Shown here: positions 52,340-63,300 of the stretch, one piece after another
Layout: each line of letters opens with the position of its first letter
How positions within the stretch are numbered: position 1 is the first letter of the stretch
Position numbers and translations under genes: made by a program
Notes under the pieces: model-generated
The model's input: only the letters and a program-made list of their open reading frames with translations
Told to the model about the DNA's origin: nothing
Database searches by the model: none
Origin: Gemmatimonas sp.
Lineage (GTDB): Bacteria > Gemmatimonadota > Gemmatimonadetes > Gemmatimonadales > Gemmatimonadaceae
Assembly: GCA_965279375.1 (NCBI GenBank)
Contig: OZ257156.1
Location: 4,608,001 to 4,672,000, forward strand
Direction of reading: 5' to 3'
Length of the DNA stretch: 64,000 bases

Positions 52340-53059
52340 ATGAGTGAACAGTGGAGTGACGTCGTGCGCGACGGCATCACGACGTTGCATGGAGCTGCAC
52401 TCGACGAGGCGCTGGCGCGCCGGTTCGAGCTTGCGGACGAAACTGTTGTGCTCGATGGCGTCAGCTTCGTATTGCGCAAGCCGGCCAACGCTGATCATCT
52501 GATCAGCGAAGCCGACTACGTGATGGATGAGCGATTGCCATACTGGGCCGACCTCTGGCCTTCGTCGCGACAGCTGGCCACGACGCTGCTGCGTGAGCAA
52601 GGGAACGGTCGCACACTCCTGGAACTAGGGTGCGGTCTTGGCCTGCCGTCGATTGCTGCCTTGCGTGCGGGATTCGACGTCACGTCCACCGACTACTACG
52701 AAGATGCGCTGCAAGTCACGCGCGCGAACGCCGGTCGGAACCTGGGCGTGGAGCCGCACGTGCGCATGGTGAACTGGCGGCAGTGGCCGGATGACTTTGG
52801 CCCGTTCGATGTGATCGTGGCCGCCGATGTGATTTACGAGCCCGAGTACGCGGTGCTCGTGGCGTCGTGCATTGCTCGCGCGTTGAGTGCAGACGGCGAA
52901 GCGATCATCGCCGATCCGGGGCGCACGTCGCTGGCGCGCTTTCTCACCGAGCTGCCGCTGGTGGGGCTCGAGATCGTGGAGTCGAGCACCACCCCGTATC
53001 ACGAAGGCAAGATCAACCAGCAGATTCAGGTGATGCGCCTGCGGCGCGTGCAGCGCTGA
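52340..53059 (+). CDS. Class I SAM-dependent methyltransferase (METTL21 / lysine-MTase-like)
   Basis: PYWADLWPS, LELGCGLG, AADVIYE, ADPGR. Confidence 0.85.
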   Translation: MSEQWSDVVRDGITTLHGAALDEALARRFELADETVVLDGVSFVLRKPANADHLISEADYVMDERLPYWADLWPSSRQLATTLLREQGNGRTLLELGCGLGLPSIAALRAGFDVTSTDYYEDALQVTRANAGRNLGVEPHVRMVNWRQWPDDFGPFDVIVAADVIYEPEYAVLVASCIARALSADGEAIIADPGRTSLARFLTELPLVGLEIVESSTTPYHEGKINQQIQVMRLRRVQR

Positions 53060-53092
53060 CGGCTAACCGTCGGCTGCACGCGCGCGACGACG

Positions 53093-54280
53093 TCACGGTA
53101 CGAGCGTGACCGTGATCGGTGCGCCGAGTCGCAGCGCATAGGCGTCGAGGTACTTCCACCACGCTTGTGGGGTTGGGATATCGCCCGCTGCCGTCCATGC
53201 AGCGCCCACATAGTGCACGACCGGCTTTCCGACGGGCGCCGACGAGACGGCCATGTAGTGACCGTACGCTTCCTTCCAATCGGACACGCGATCGCGCGGG
53301 ATGAGCACCGCAGTTCCGATTTCGCCGTGGCCACCGTTCTTGGGCGCCGTCGGGCCCCACCCTGACACCCACGCCCACGGGTTGACCTTGCTGGTGCTGC
53401 CGATCAGGCCGGGCCGCTTCACGAGACCGATCACGAAGGGGATGCTGGTGGTGCCTGCCGTCGTGGTGTTGAAGATGCTCTCTTCGCGATAGACCATCTG
53501 ACCCGCGTCCACGCTGATGCGCTTCACTTCGCTGACCGAGAGTCCGGCAGCGTTCCACGGGTCATAGCGCAACTCGAAGACGGCGCGCAGCGGACCGTTG
53601 GCCAGGATCTTCCATGCCTTGAAGTTGTCAGCGCGAAAGAGCGTGTCGTTCTTCCAGACGGCCGTACCGCCGGCACCGAGCGTTTCGCCCACGTCGAAGA
53701 AGTCCGCACCCTCGCCGGTGTCCACATGATACGCATCGTGCCCCTTGTCGTACCATTTGTCGACGATCAGCGCGCGCGTCTTCTTGCTCCACACGTCGAT
53801 GCCGCTGCTCGACATCGCGGACGATGTCTTCTTGAGCCCTTCGCCGTAGATGCGCCACGCGCCGCGATCGTTCTCCCATGCGATGTCATCGCGCGGCTCG
53901 TCGTGGCGAATGTGCACCCGCTTTGGGACCGCGGCCGCTGCCGTGGCCTCGACGGTGAAGCGGCGCGTTTCCTTGGCAAGAAAGCTCGCCTGAAAAATCA
54001 GCTCATCCACACTGCCGTTGCCATCGTTGTCCACCGCTTGCGAGATGATCTCGCGTCCTTCGGCGTCGGTGACGCGAATGGCAGCGGCCGACGCGCTGCT
54101 GATCTTCGAGAGCACCGTGCTCCACGGAACGGAGACAATTTCCTCGCTGCGATCGATGGCGAGCGTATTCTGCGCGCGGACGGAGAACTTGGCCGCGCTC
54201 TGCGCAGAGGCGACCGCGCCATGCGCCAACAGCGCGACAGCGAGCGTGACGGGAGATACGACTCGGGTGAACGCGTTCAT
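53093..54280 (-). CDS. DUF4861-like secreted protein
   Basis: Signal peptide, DNDGNGSVDELIFQ, RDDIAWENDR..RIYG, SGIDVWSK, YHVDTGEGADFF. Confidence 0.75.
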   Translation of the reverse strand: MNAFTRVVSPVTLAVALLAHGAVASAQSAAKFSVRAQNTLAIDRSEEIVSVPWSTVLSKISSASAAAIRVTDAEGREIISQAVDNDGNGSVDELIFQASFLAKETRRFTVEATAAAAVPKRVHIRHDEPRDDIAWENDRGAWRIYGEGLKKTSSAMSSSGIDVWSKKTRALIVDKWYDKGHDAYHVDTGEGADFFDVGETLGAGGTAVWKNDTLFRADNFKAWKILANGPLRAVFELRYDPWNAAGLSVSEVKRISVDAGQMVYREESIFNTTTAGTTSIPFVIGLVKRPGLIGSTSKVNPWAWVSGWGPTAPKNGGHGEIGTAVLIPRDRVSDWKEAYGHYMAVSSAPVGKPVVHYVGAAWTAAGDIPTPQAWWKYLDAYALRLGAPITVTLVP

Positions 54281-55113
54281 CGCAGCGTCTCCATGTTGAC
54301 GGGATCCATATCGGCGTAGTCCTGATTCTCTCCACCCATCGCCCAGCAGAACGAGTAGGCGCGGGTGCCACATCCGCAGTGCACACTCCATCCCGGCGAC
54401 AGCGCCACTTCACCGTCGCGCATGACGAGCGATCGCGTCTCGGTCGGCTCGCCCATCAGGTGCATCACCACGGCGTCGGACGGGAGATCGAAGTACAGAT
54501 AGACCTCCGAGCGGCGGTCGTGCGTATGCGCCGGCATGGTGTTCCAGACGCTGCCGGGCGCGAGCACCGTGACCCCCATGACGAGCTGCGCACTGCGCAC
54601 ACCCTTGAGGTGGATGTAGCGACGCACCTGTCGCTTGTTGGCCGTTTCCTGCGCGCCCAGATCCAACACGTCCGCGTCGGCGGGCGTGATGCGTGCCGTG
54701 GGGTAGGCGGCGTGCGCGGGATAGCTGACGAGGTAGAATCGCGCGGGCTCGCCCACGTGGCTGCTGGCGAATACCACGTCCTGTGAGCCCCGGCCGATGT
54801 ACAAGGCTTCGTGCGCCTCAAGCGGATAGGCCATGCCATCCACCGTGACCGTGCCCGCCGCACCGATGTTGAGCACGCCGATCTCGCGACGCTCGCAGAA
54901 GTACTCCGCGCGCAGTGGTGACGGGTTGGGGAGCGTCAGCGGCTCGAGGAGGGGCACCGCCCCGCCGAGTACGACGCGGTCGAGGTCGACAGCGCGGAGC
55001 GAGATAGTTCCTGCAGCGAACAAATCAGACACAACGAAATGCTCGCGCAGTTCGGTCGTGTCCATGCGTCGCACGGCAGCAGCGTGTGGGAGGTAGCGCA
55101 TGGGGGTGGGCAT
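54277..55113 (-). CDS. kduI: 5-dehydro-4-deoxy-D-glucuronate isomerase
   Basis: ERREIG, WNTMPAHTHDRRSEVY, SPGWSVH, WAMGGENQ. Confidence 0.95.
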   Translation of the reverse strand: MPTPMRYLPHAAAVRRMDTTELREHFVVSDLFAAGTISLRAVDLDRVVLGGAVPLLEPLTLPNPSPLRAEYFCERREIGVLNIGAAGTVTVDGMAYPLEAHEALYIGRGSQDVVFASSHVGEPARFYLVSYPAHAAYPTARITPADADVLDLGAQETANKRQVRRYIHLKGVRSAQLVMGVTVLAPGSVWNTMPAHTHDRRSEVYLYFDLPSDAVVMHLMGEPTETRSLVMRDGEVALSPGWSVHCGCGTRAYSFCWAMGGENQDYADMDPVNMETLR

Positions 55114-55209
55114 TGGGTCTTGGCGGGGACGGCGACTGGAAAGCTATCTGCCCGGCGGTCGATCCGCAGCGCTCGCTCTCTTCGACTCGCCTGATGCCGT
55201 CTGGTCGGG

Positions 55210-56538
55210 TTGGCGTCGTCCGCGCAACTTGCCGCACCCATGCCCGAGCCCCTGCCCAAGCCACCGTCTCCCGCCGAGTCCCCCCTCGAGCGCGTGAGCA
55301 CCACGGCGTCCGACGCGACAGTGTCCGCTTCGACAGCGCCCACCGTCCGCTTTGGCGTGGACCAGCTGTGCGACGAGCCCACGCGGTTTCCGGCGTGGGG
55401 ACGGGTTGGCATGATCACCAACGAGGCGGCCCGGCTGGCGTCGGACTCCGCCGCGCGATCCCGCAGCGCCTTGCTCAGCGCCGGCTTTCCGCTGGTGCGC
55501 CTCTTTGGACCGGAGCACGGCCTGATCGCCACGGCCGACGATGGCGCGGCCGTAGCCGACGGTGTGGATGCGCCGACCGGGATGCCGGTCGTGTCGCTCT
55601 ACGGCGAGCGCATGCGCCCCTCGCCGGACGCGCTCGCGGACCTCGACGCGCTGCTGTTCGATGTGCCCGATGTGGGCGCGCGCTTCTACACCTACACCTG
55701 GACGCTCTACCACGCACTGGCGGCGTGCGCCGACGCGGGGGTACCGCTGGTGGTGCTCGATCGCCCCAATCCGCAGGGCGGGCTCCTCGCCATGGCGGAG
55801 GGGCCGATGCTCGAGGCATCGTGCCGATCGTTTCTTGGCGAGACGCGCATTCCGATCCGGCATCAACTCACACTCGGCGAGCTCGCGCGACTGTGGCAGC
55901 GCGAGGAGTTCCCCACGGCGATACTGCACGTGGTGCCTGTCGAGGGATGGTCGCGCGCGATGCGCTGGCCGGAGACGGGCCTCCCGTGGGTACCGACCTC
56001 TCCGGCGATGCCGTCGTTCGAGAGCGCCTCACTCTACGCCGGCACCTGCCTGCTGGAAGCGACCAACCTGAGCGTCGGCCGCGGCACCGCGTGGCCGTTC
56101 CGGTGGATCGGTGCGCCGTGGCTCGACGCCGATCGCCTGCTCGATGCGTTCGCGCAGCGACAGCGCCTTTCGCCATCGCTCGCGGCCATTGGAGCGACGC
56201 CGCTGCAGGCAGAGCCCACGAGTTCCCTCTACGCTGGCGAGCGTTGCCGCGGAATCCTGTTCGACATGCGTGATGCCGCGCTCGCGCGGCCGGTCGCACT
56301 AGGCGTGCATCTGCTGGCGTCGCTCGCGGCGACGCATCCGATCCAGTTCGCCTGGGCGCGCTATCCCACGGCCGCCAATCCCACCGGAGACCATCACCTC
56401 GCTCGCCTGTTTGGACGCACCGATGCTGAGGCCCTGCTGTCTGCGCAGCCTGTGGACATTGACGAAGCCCGCGTGGACGAGTGGACTCGCGCCGACGCGT
56501 GGGAGTCTCGCGTGACGCCAATCTTGTTGTACGACTAG
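55210..56538 (+). CDS. namZ: Exo-beta-N-acetylmuramidase NamZ (DUF1343/YbbC)
   Basis: LFGPEHG, SLYG, DVGARFYTY, VLDRPNP, WVPTSP, SVGRGT. The true start may be downstream. Confidence 0.85.
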   Translation: MASSAQLAAPMPEPLPKPPSPAESPLERVSTTASDATVSASTAPTVRFGVDQLCDEPTRFPAWGRVGMITNEAARLASDSAARSRSALLSAGFPLVRLFGPEHGLIATADDGAAVADGVDAPTGMPVVSLYGERMRPSPDALADLDALLFDVPDVGARFYTYTWTLYHALAACADAGVPLVVLDRPNPQGGLLAMAEGPMLEASCRSFLGETRIPIRHQLTLGELARLWQREEFPTAILHVVPVEGWSRAMRWPETGLPWVPTSPAMPSFESASLYAGTCLLEATNLSVGRGTAWPFRWIGAPWLDADRLLDAFAQRQRLSPSLAAIGATPLQAEPTSSLYAGERCRGILFDMRDAALARPVALGVHLLASLAATHPIQFAWARYPTAANPTGDHHLARLFGRTDAEALLSAQPVDIDEARVDEWTRADAWESRVTPILLYD

Positions 56539-56561
56539 TTGTACCACCAGTTGCACGACTA
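56526..56561. repeat. Three 12-bp tandem copies spanning the namZ stop codon
   Basis: GTTGTACGACTA GTTGTACCACCA GTTGCACGACTA. Confidence 0.8.
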
Positions 56562-56573
56562 ACCAGCGATCGC

Positions 56574-57083
56574 ATGACCAACTTGACCATTCGCATCAAG
56601 CGCGGCACCGATGGCGACGTGACGCTCACCTGCGTGCGCGCCAACGGTACCAGCACTTGGCAGCGCCAGACCGGGCCTAGTGCACGCTTCTTTCCGCTTC
56701 ATGACCTCACCCACCTCGCCGTCGAGACTGTGCTTGGCGAGTTGTGTGGCTTCTACGGATTGGTCGCCGCCGGTTGGGAGATCACCGACTTCGGCCACCC
56801 GTGGCCACGCGGGCCGTTGCCTCAGACCGCCGCTGACATGGAGTTGGTGATCGGCTTTCTCGACGCAGAACGCGCCAGTGGCGAGGCGTGGACGGCCGCG
56901 ATGATGCATGAGCGCAGCCGACTGCAGCACGACGCGCGCGGTGCAGCGCCCGCGACAGACGCACACTCCATCTGCATCACCGACGCACAGCTTGGCGCCA
57001 TTCGTCAACGTCGTGCCGAGCTGTTCGCCGAGTGGGAACGGACGCCGCCGGGGGACACGCTGACCGTGGTGTTTCACGTGTAG
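56574..57083 (+). CDS. Hypothetical protein with HDLxH..VE motif
   Basis: PLHDLTHLAVE..GFYGLVA.G. Clean ORF between recognised genes. Confidence 0.7.
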   Translation: MTNLTIRIKRGTDGDVTLTCVRANGTSTWQRQTGPSARFFPLHDLTHLAVETVLGELCGFYGLVAAGWEITDFGHPWPRGPLPQTAADMELVIGFLDAERASGEAWTAAMMHERSRLQHDARGAAPATDAHSICITDAQLGAIRQRRAELFAEWERTPPGDTLTVVFHV

Positions 57084-57215
57084 GGCTGCATGCCTGGCCG
57101 GTAGCCGCGTCCTTTGCTGCAACGCGGCGCGATATTGGAGTGCAGCGAACCGCCGCCACGCGATGATCGACGTGCCTGTCGACCGCTTGTCAGACCCCAT
57201 CTGCACTATTCGCCA

Positions 57216-60200
57216 ATGGCCGAAATTCGTCTCTCCGTCGCACTCGATCCCGACACGCTGCTGCGAAATGCCACGCGAGGGCTGTTTCCGTTGCCGACCA
57301 CCACGCACGGCGAGCCTTGGCCCACGCTGCCGGTGTGGCTCGTCTTGCGACAGGGTGGCTTGCGCGACGATGTGCATCGACTGGCCGCTCAAGCGGGGTG
57401 CAGCGGATGGTTTGATCCGCCGGTGTGCCTCTTCGCCGAAGTCGCGCCGCGCTGGGGCGCGTCATCGGTGGCCGCGCTCACGGAGCAGGAGCGTCTCGCA
57501 CTGCTATCGGCGGTGGTGGCGCGTCGAGCGCACGGGATCTTCGATCGCGGCGGCAGTGCCGAAGCGTGGGTGCCAGCCATCGACCGACTGCTTGGCGAAC
57601 TGTTGAGCGAAGGCGTTTCGCCAGAAGCGTTCCGCACTGCGATCTCCTCGCGATCGGATCAGGACGCCTCCGAGCGAGAGCGCGATGAGCGTCTCGCAGG
57701 CGTGTTTGCCGATTGGGTGCAGCTTCTCGATGAACGCGGCCGAGTGGATGGGCGCGATCAGCTGGTTCGTCTCGCCCATGACATCGTGCACGATCCCCAC
57801 GCATTCGCCCAACGGCTCGGCGGGCGACGTGAGTTGCGCATTGTGGGCTTGGCGGACCTGCGTGGTGGGTGGAAGCCTCTGCTCACCGCGCTCCGCGCGT
57901 GCACGAGCGTGGATACGGTCACGCTCTTCGCATCCCACGCACTGCCGTTGCCCGCGTCGCTCGATGCGATCGTTGAGCAGGTCGAGGTTCAGCGCGACAA
58001 TGCGTTAGACGCTGTGTCGTCCCTGCCCCTCTGCGCCGGCGCACAGGTTGCGTTCGTCGAGGCGCCGGACGCCGCGCGCGAGGTCGAGCAGATCGCAGTC
58101 CGCGTGCGTGCGCTTCTCGATTCGCGCTCCGCAACGCCCGATCGGATCGCGGTGGTCACGCGCCAGGCGCGCCCCGGTGTGGACGCACTGGCGGACGCAC
58201 TGGAATCGATGGGAGTTCCGGTGACCGCACGTCGTCGCGCCGCGCTCTCGCAGAGCGGCCCCGCACGAGCACTCCGCGCGCTATTGCATGCAGCGGCAGA
58301 GAACTTCTCGCGCCACGCCGTGTTGGAACTGTCGGAGCAGCCGCTGCTGGCGCTCCGATTTGATGCCGACGTGCTGCAGGCAGCGGCGCAGTCATCGCCA
58401 ATCACCGCTCTCGGTGAGTGGGAGCCTGCCATGCGTCGACTGCTCGCGCGATGCGAAGCGCGCGAAGCGGACTCGGGCGACTGGCGCTCGCAGCGTGGAC
58501 TGCCAGAGACAGCGCGCGTTGCCCGCACGTTGGCGGCCTGGATGGAGTGGCTGCCCGACCTGACGGCTTTGGCAACGGCACGCACGGATGGCGACTGGTT
58601 CGCGTGGGCGATGCAGGTGCTCACCGATGCTCGCTGGGGGGTCACGACACAACTGAACACCGCGCCGGCGGACGACGAGCGCGTACGGCGAGCCGACGTG
58701 CGTGCGCGCGACCAGATACTCGCGCTGTCCAACGAATGGGTGCGTGCCCTCGGCGCTCTCGACGAAACGCTGACGCGAAGCAGCGGGCGCTCCGACGCGG
58801 AAGTGTTTGCCCGTCGACTGGCGCTGGTGCTCGATGCTGACGTCATCACGCAGCCGGAGACCAGCTTTGGCGTAGTGGTGGCAGAAGCCTTGGCGGCAGG
58901 ATGGCGCGCCTTCGATCATGTGTTCGTCGTTGGACTCGTGGCGGGCGAGTTTCCTCGGCGACCGCCTCCCTCTGCGCTCATGTCCGACCGCGATCGTCGC
59001 GCGCTCATGATGCATGGGCTGTCGCTTGACGCGCCGGACAGCTGGCGTGCACGCGAACGCGCGCTCTTCGACGTGCTGTGCGCTGCGCCGCGCCAGCGCT
59101 TGACGCTGTCCTGGTCCTCGATGGACGGCGAAGGACGCGAGGTTGCACGATCGGCGTACGTCGACGACGCCATCGACGCACGACTGGCTGCGCTCGATCT
59201 GTCGAGCGAGAACGAGCTCGAAGCCACGGGCGATCTGGTACGCATTCCCGCGCAACAGGTCCTCACCCCCGGCTTCCCCATCGTCGCGCGCGGGCACGAG
59301 GCAGCCGTTGTGCATGCCTCCGCTGCGGCGACCCACGAGGCCGGTCGCTCGAACGCACCCACTGCGTACAACGGACAGATCGAAGACGCGGCAATGCACG
59401 CGCTACTCGACGCACGCTACGGCGAGGCCTACAACTGGTCGGCGACGCAGCTCGAGGAGCTGGCGAAGTGCGCGTGGTCGTGGTTCGCCAGCCGCGTGCT
59501 GAAACTGGAGCAGCGCGGCGACCTGACGGAACAGATGGAGCCCACTACGCGCGGCAGTCTGTTGCACGACGCGCTGGACCGCTTCTTTGCTGACGCGCGC
59601 AGGCGAACTGGGGCGCCAGCATTTCTGCGAGAGACCGACCGGCCGTGGGCTGAGCCCGCGCTGCGTGACGCGCTCGACTCAGCGTGGTCCACACTGTCCA
59701 GCACCGAGTGGTTGGGTAGCCCCGCGCTGCACGACATCACCCGTGCAGAGCTGGCGGCGCAACTGCAACGATATCTCGACTTCGAGATCGGCTACAACGA
59801 GAAGAGCTACAACAACAAGACGAACGCATCGCGACAGATTCGGATGGGTGCGTTCGCCGGCGAAATGGACTTCGCGAATGTCGCGCTGGGTGCGAATGGC
59901 GTGTCATTTCGTCTGCGCGGTCTGATCGATCGTGTGGACATTGGCGTGGACGATCGCATTCCCGATTCGGAGCAGTACATCGCAGCCATCGATTACAAGA
60001 GCTCCATCGGTTCGGCGCCGGCAGGCGGCAAAGCCAGTGGATGGAAGGACGGCGTGGTGCTTCAGGTGCCGCTGTATGCTCTCGCGCTGCGACAGCTGAG
60101 CATTGGTGGTAGCGTGCGCAGTCTCGCGCGCTTGGAGTATCGCACGCTCAAGCGGCCCAAGGCCGTGCACACGCTCGACTTCGTGACGCTCAAGCTGGTG

Positions 60201-60398
60201 AAGAAGGAGCGCGAACTGCAGGAGGTGCCCGAGGCGGAGGACGCGCTCGCCGGCGCGCTCTCCCATGCGGCAGCAAAGGTGCAGCAGGCGCGAACTGGTG
60301 TGCTTCCTGCGTCGCCGACTGATTCGTGCGGCTGTTCGCCGTACTGCGTGGCGCGTGACATCTGTCGCATTCCCAATGGCCCGAGGGAGGTGCGCTGA
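57216..60398 (+). CDS. addB: AddB/RexB-like PD-(D/E)xK nuclease subunit with Fe-S cysteines
   Basis: Degenerate helicase body, SATQLE..KC, RGLIDRVD, IDYKS, LQVPLY, CSPYC..ICR. Coupled to the UvrD-like gene. Confidence 0.8.
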   Translation: MAEIRLSVALDPDTLLRNATRGLFPLPTTTHGEPWPTLPVWLVLRQGGLRDDVHRLAAQAGCSGWFDPPVCLFAEVAPRWGASSVAALTEQERLALLSAVVARRAHGIFDRGGSAEAWVPAIDRLLGELLSEGVSPEAFRTAISSRSDQDASERERDERLAGVFADWVQLLDERGRVDGRDQLVRLAHDIVHDPHAFAQRLGGRRELRIVGLADLRGGWKPLLTALRACTSVDTVTLFASHALPLPASLDAIVEQVEVQRDNALDAVSSLPLCAGAQVAFVEAPDAAREVEQIAVRVRALLDSRSATPDRIAVVTRQARPGVDALADALESMGVPVTARRRAALSQSGPARALRALLHAAAENFSRHAVLELSEQPLLALRFDADVLQAAAQSSPITALGEWEPAMRRLLARCEAREADSGDWRSQRGLPETARVARTLAAWMEWLPDLTALATARTDGDWFAWAMQVLTDARWGVTTQLNTAPADDERVRRADVRARDQILALSNEWVRALGALDETLTRSSGRSDAEVFARRLALVLDADVITQPETSFGVVVAEALAAGWRAFDHVFVVGLVAGEFPRRPPPSALMSDRDRRALMMHGLSLDAPDSWRARERALFDVLCAAPRQRLTLSWSSMDGEGREVARSAYVDDAIDARLAALDLSSENELEATGDLVRIPAQQVLTPGFPIVARGHEAAVVHASAAATHEAGRSNAPTAYNGQIEDAAMHALLDARYGEAYNWSATQLEELAKCAWSWFASRVLKLEQRGDLTEQMEPTTRGSLLHDALDRFFADARRRTGAPAFLRETDRPWAEPALRDALDSAWSTLSSTEWLGSPALHDITRAELAAQLQRYLDFEIGYNEKSYNNKTNASRQIRMGAFAGEMDFANVALGANGVSFRLRGLIDRVDIGVDDRIPDSEQYIAAIDYKSSIGSAPAGGKASGWKDGVVLQVPLYALALRQLSIGGSVRSLARLEYRTLKRPKAVHTLDFVTLKLVKKERELQEVPEAEDALAGALSHAAAKVQQARTGVLPASPTDSCGCSPYCVARDICRIPNGPREVR

Positions 60399-63300
60399 TG
60401 AACTCATCTGCGGTTTCTGGCAGCGAGACCACGCGTCACGTCGGACTCCCGCCGCTCACGCTCGCGCAGCGCGAGGTCGCGTTGGCGACGGACGCACGAC
60501 TGCTCGTGGGTGCAGGCGCGGGTTCTGGCAAAACGTCCACCGTGGTGCAAACGCTCTGCTATCTGCTGGGCGGCATCATCACTGATGTGGAAGGCAATCG
60601 CTACACGCATCCGTCGCCACTGCAACTGAGCGACATCGCCGCGATCACCTTCACGAACGAGGCAGCGGCAGACCTCAAGCGAAAGCTGCGCTCGGCGTTG
60701 ATTGCGTGCGGCCTCCGTGAGATGGCCACAGACGTTGACGCTGCTCGCATCGGCACGATCCATGGCTTCTGTGGCGACCTGCTCCGAGAGTTCGCACTGA
60801 GGGCCGGCTTGCCACCTGCGCTTTCGGTGCTCGCGGACGGTGAGACGACGGCGCTGGCGTACGAATGCGCGAGTCGTGCGGTGCAGCATGCTGCCCAAAC
60901 TCAAGGAGTGACGCACTTCGACGTGCTGCTCACCAATCGCACGATCGCCGACGTGACGACGCTCGTGGTGGAAGTCGCGAGCGACAGCGACCGACTGCTG
61001 ACATGGGAGTCGAACGCTGCGAACCTTCGCGCGCACGAACGCGCGCTACTCCACCTCGCGCAGATCGCGCGCGAGTACCGCCAGGAAGAACTGCAGCGCC
61101 TGGGTGCCATGGATTTTGATCGCATGATCGTGGCGGTGCGTGATCTCCTGCGTCGCGACGAACGAGTGCGCCACGCGGTGCAGCGACAGGTGCGACTGCT
61201 CATCGTGGACGAGTTTCAGGACGTGGATCCTGCGCAGCGCGATCTGGCATTCCTGCTCTCCGGACTCGAGTTCTCTGATCCCGACCCATCACGCCTGATG
61301 CTGGTCGGTGACCCGAAGCAGAGCATCTACAAGTTCCGCCGTGCCGACGTGTCGTTGTGGAACGATGTGGCGCGACGTTTTAGTGAATCCAACGCGGGGC
61401 GCCAGCTCGAATTGAGCGACAACTTCCGCAGCCGACGCGGCATTCTGGGGTTGGTGGACGCGGTCGTCGGCGCGCGGCTCGCCGTGCCAGTGAATCTCGA
61501 GGTTGGGCGCCAATCGTTCGAAGTGGACTACCACCCGCTGCGAGCGATGGGCGCCGATGCCGAAGGGGATCGGTGCGTGGAGATCATCGCCGTGCGCGCC
61601 GGCAACGATGGCAAGGCGCGCAATGTCGGGGAGGTGCGCACCGAGGAGGCGGCCGCGGTCGCAGCGCGCATCGCCGAGTTGCATGCAAGCGGCGTCGGGC
61701 ACGGCGAGATGGCGATGTTGTTCTCAGGATTTGGCGCAATCGACATCTATCGAGCGGCGCTTCGCGAACGCGGCATACCCGTGTACATCCTGCGCAGCGA
61801 CGGATTCTGGGAAACGCGCGAAGTGCTGGACTGCCTGCTGGCGTTGCGCGCGATACGTGATACAGCCGACGATGTGGCGCTGATCGGCTTCCTCAAAGGG
61901 CCGTTCGTTGGCCTGCGCGACGATACGCTGATGGCGTTGCGTGCTGCGTTGCACGCGAATGGCCTTTGGGGCGCGCTCGCCGAGAGCGCGGTGGAACCCG
62001 AACTGTGCGACCGCGCTCGTCAGATGCTGCAGCGCTACACGGCACTCCGCGATCGCATCCCCGTCCACGCGCTCCTCGATCGCCTCGTGACGGAGAGCGG
62101 TTTTCTCGCGTACCTCGCGCACGATCCGGATCGGGCAACTCAGGCCATCGCAAACATCCGCAAGCTGATTCGCAAGGCATCAGCGGCCGCCGAACAGTCG
62201 TTGGGTGAGTTCCTGCGCGAGGTCGCGGAGGCGCGCGTGCGGCAGGATCGAGAGGGAGAAGAGCGCCTGTACCGCGAGCGCGCAGATGTGGTCACGATCA
62301 CCACGGTGCACAGCGCGAAGGGGCTCGAGTGGCCGATCGTCTTCTGGTGCGACATCACGCGCGGACCGCGTGAACGCAACGAGCCGCTGCAATGCGGACG
62401 CGCGTTCTTCAGGCTCAAGTCGCTCACGGACGAAGTGGACGACGACGGCGAACCGATCGATACGCGGCACGCCGAACTGTCGCGGTCCATGCGTGAAGAG
62501 GCACTGTCTGAAGCGCTGCGATTGTGGTACGTGGCAGCTACGCGCGCCAAGCGCCTGCTGGTGCTCAGTGGCGTGCCACTCGGCGACAAGATGAAGGGTG
62601 TCGACAACATGGCGGCGGAACTGCGACGGTGCTTTCCGTCACTCGCCACCGACGATCCGTCGCCCGAGATTTCGTACGTGGACGCGCAGCAGGCACCGTT
62701 CACATTGACGGTTCGCGTGGCAGCAGAACGAGGGGTGGCCGATGATGCGAGCGCTGGGGATCCGCTCGCTGAACGTACTCACAGAGTACCGACGATCGCG
62801 CTGCCTCCCGTGCCTGTCGTTGTCGCGCGCGGTCGTTCGCGTCTGTCGGCAACGCAGCTGATGACGGCTGCGCAGGATGCGAGTGTGTGGTGGCGGCGAT
62901 ACGCGTTTGGCTTTGCGCCTGACGAGCAATTTGCAGACGCCAGCGGCGTGTCGGTGATCGCGCGAGGTGTGGTAGTCCACGAAGTCCTCGATCAACTCAC
63001 CGTGCGACGTTACGCCGCCGAACGGTACGATATCGAGGAGCTGGTGGAGTGGGCGATCGAGCGGCACGATCCCGATGCACCAGACGCGAGCTCAGAGGCC
63101 GGTCGTTCCTACCGTGCGCAGATTCGCGCGCTGGTGGAAACCGCCGAGTCGTCGGACGAGTGGCGTACGCTCGCCTCGCTCCCGACGGCGCGCAGCGAAC
63201 TCACGTTCACACGCATACTGCGCGATGGCAGCGTCATTGACGGGGCGCTGGATCTCGTGGCCATGCGTGGCGACGTGGCGCGGATCATCGACGTGAAAAC

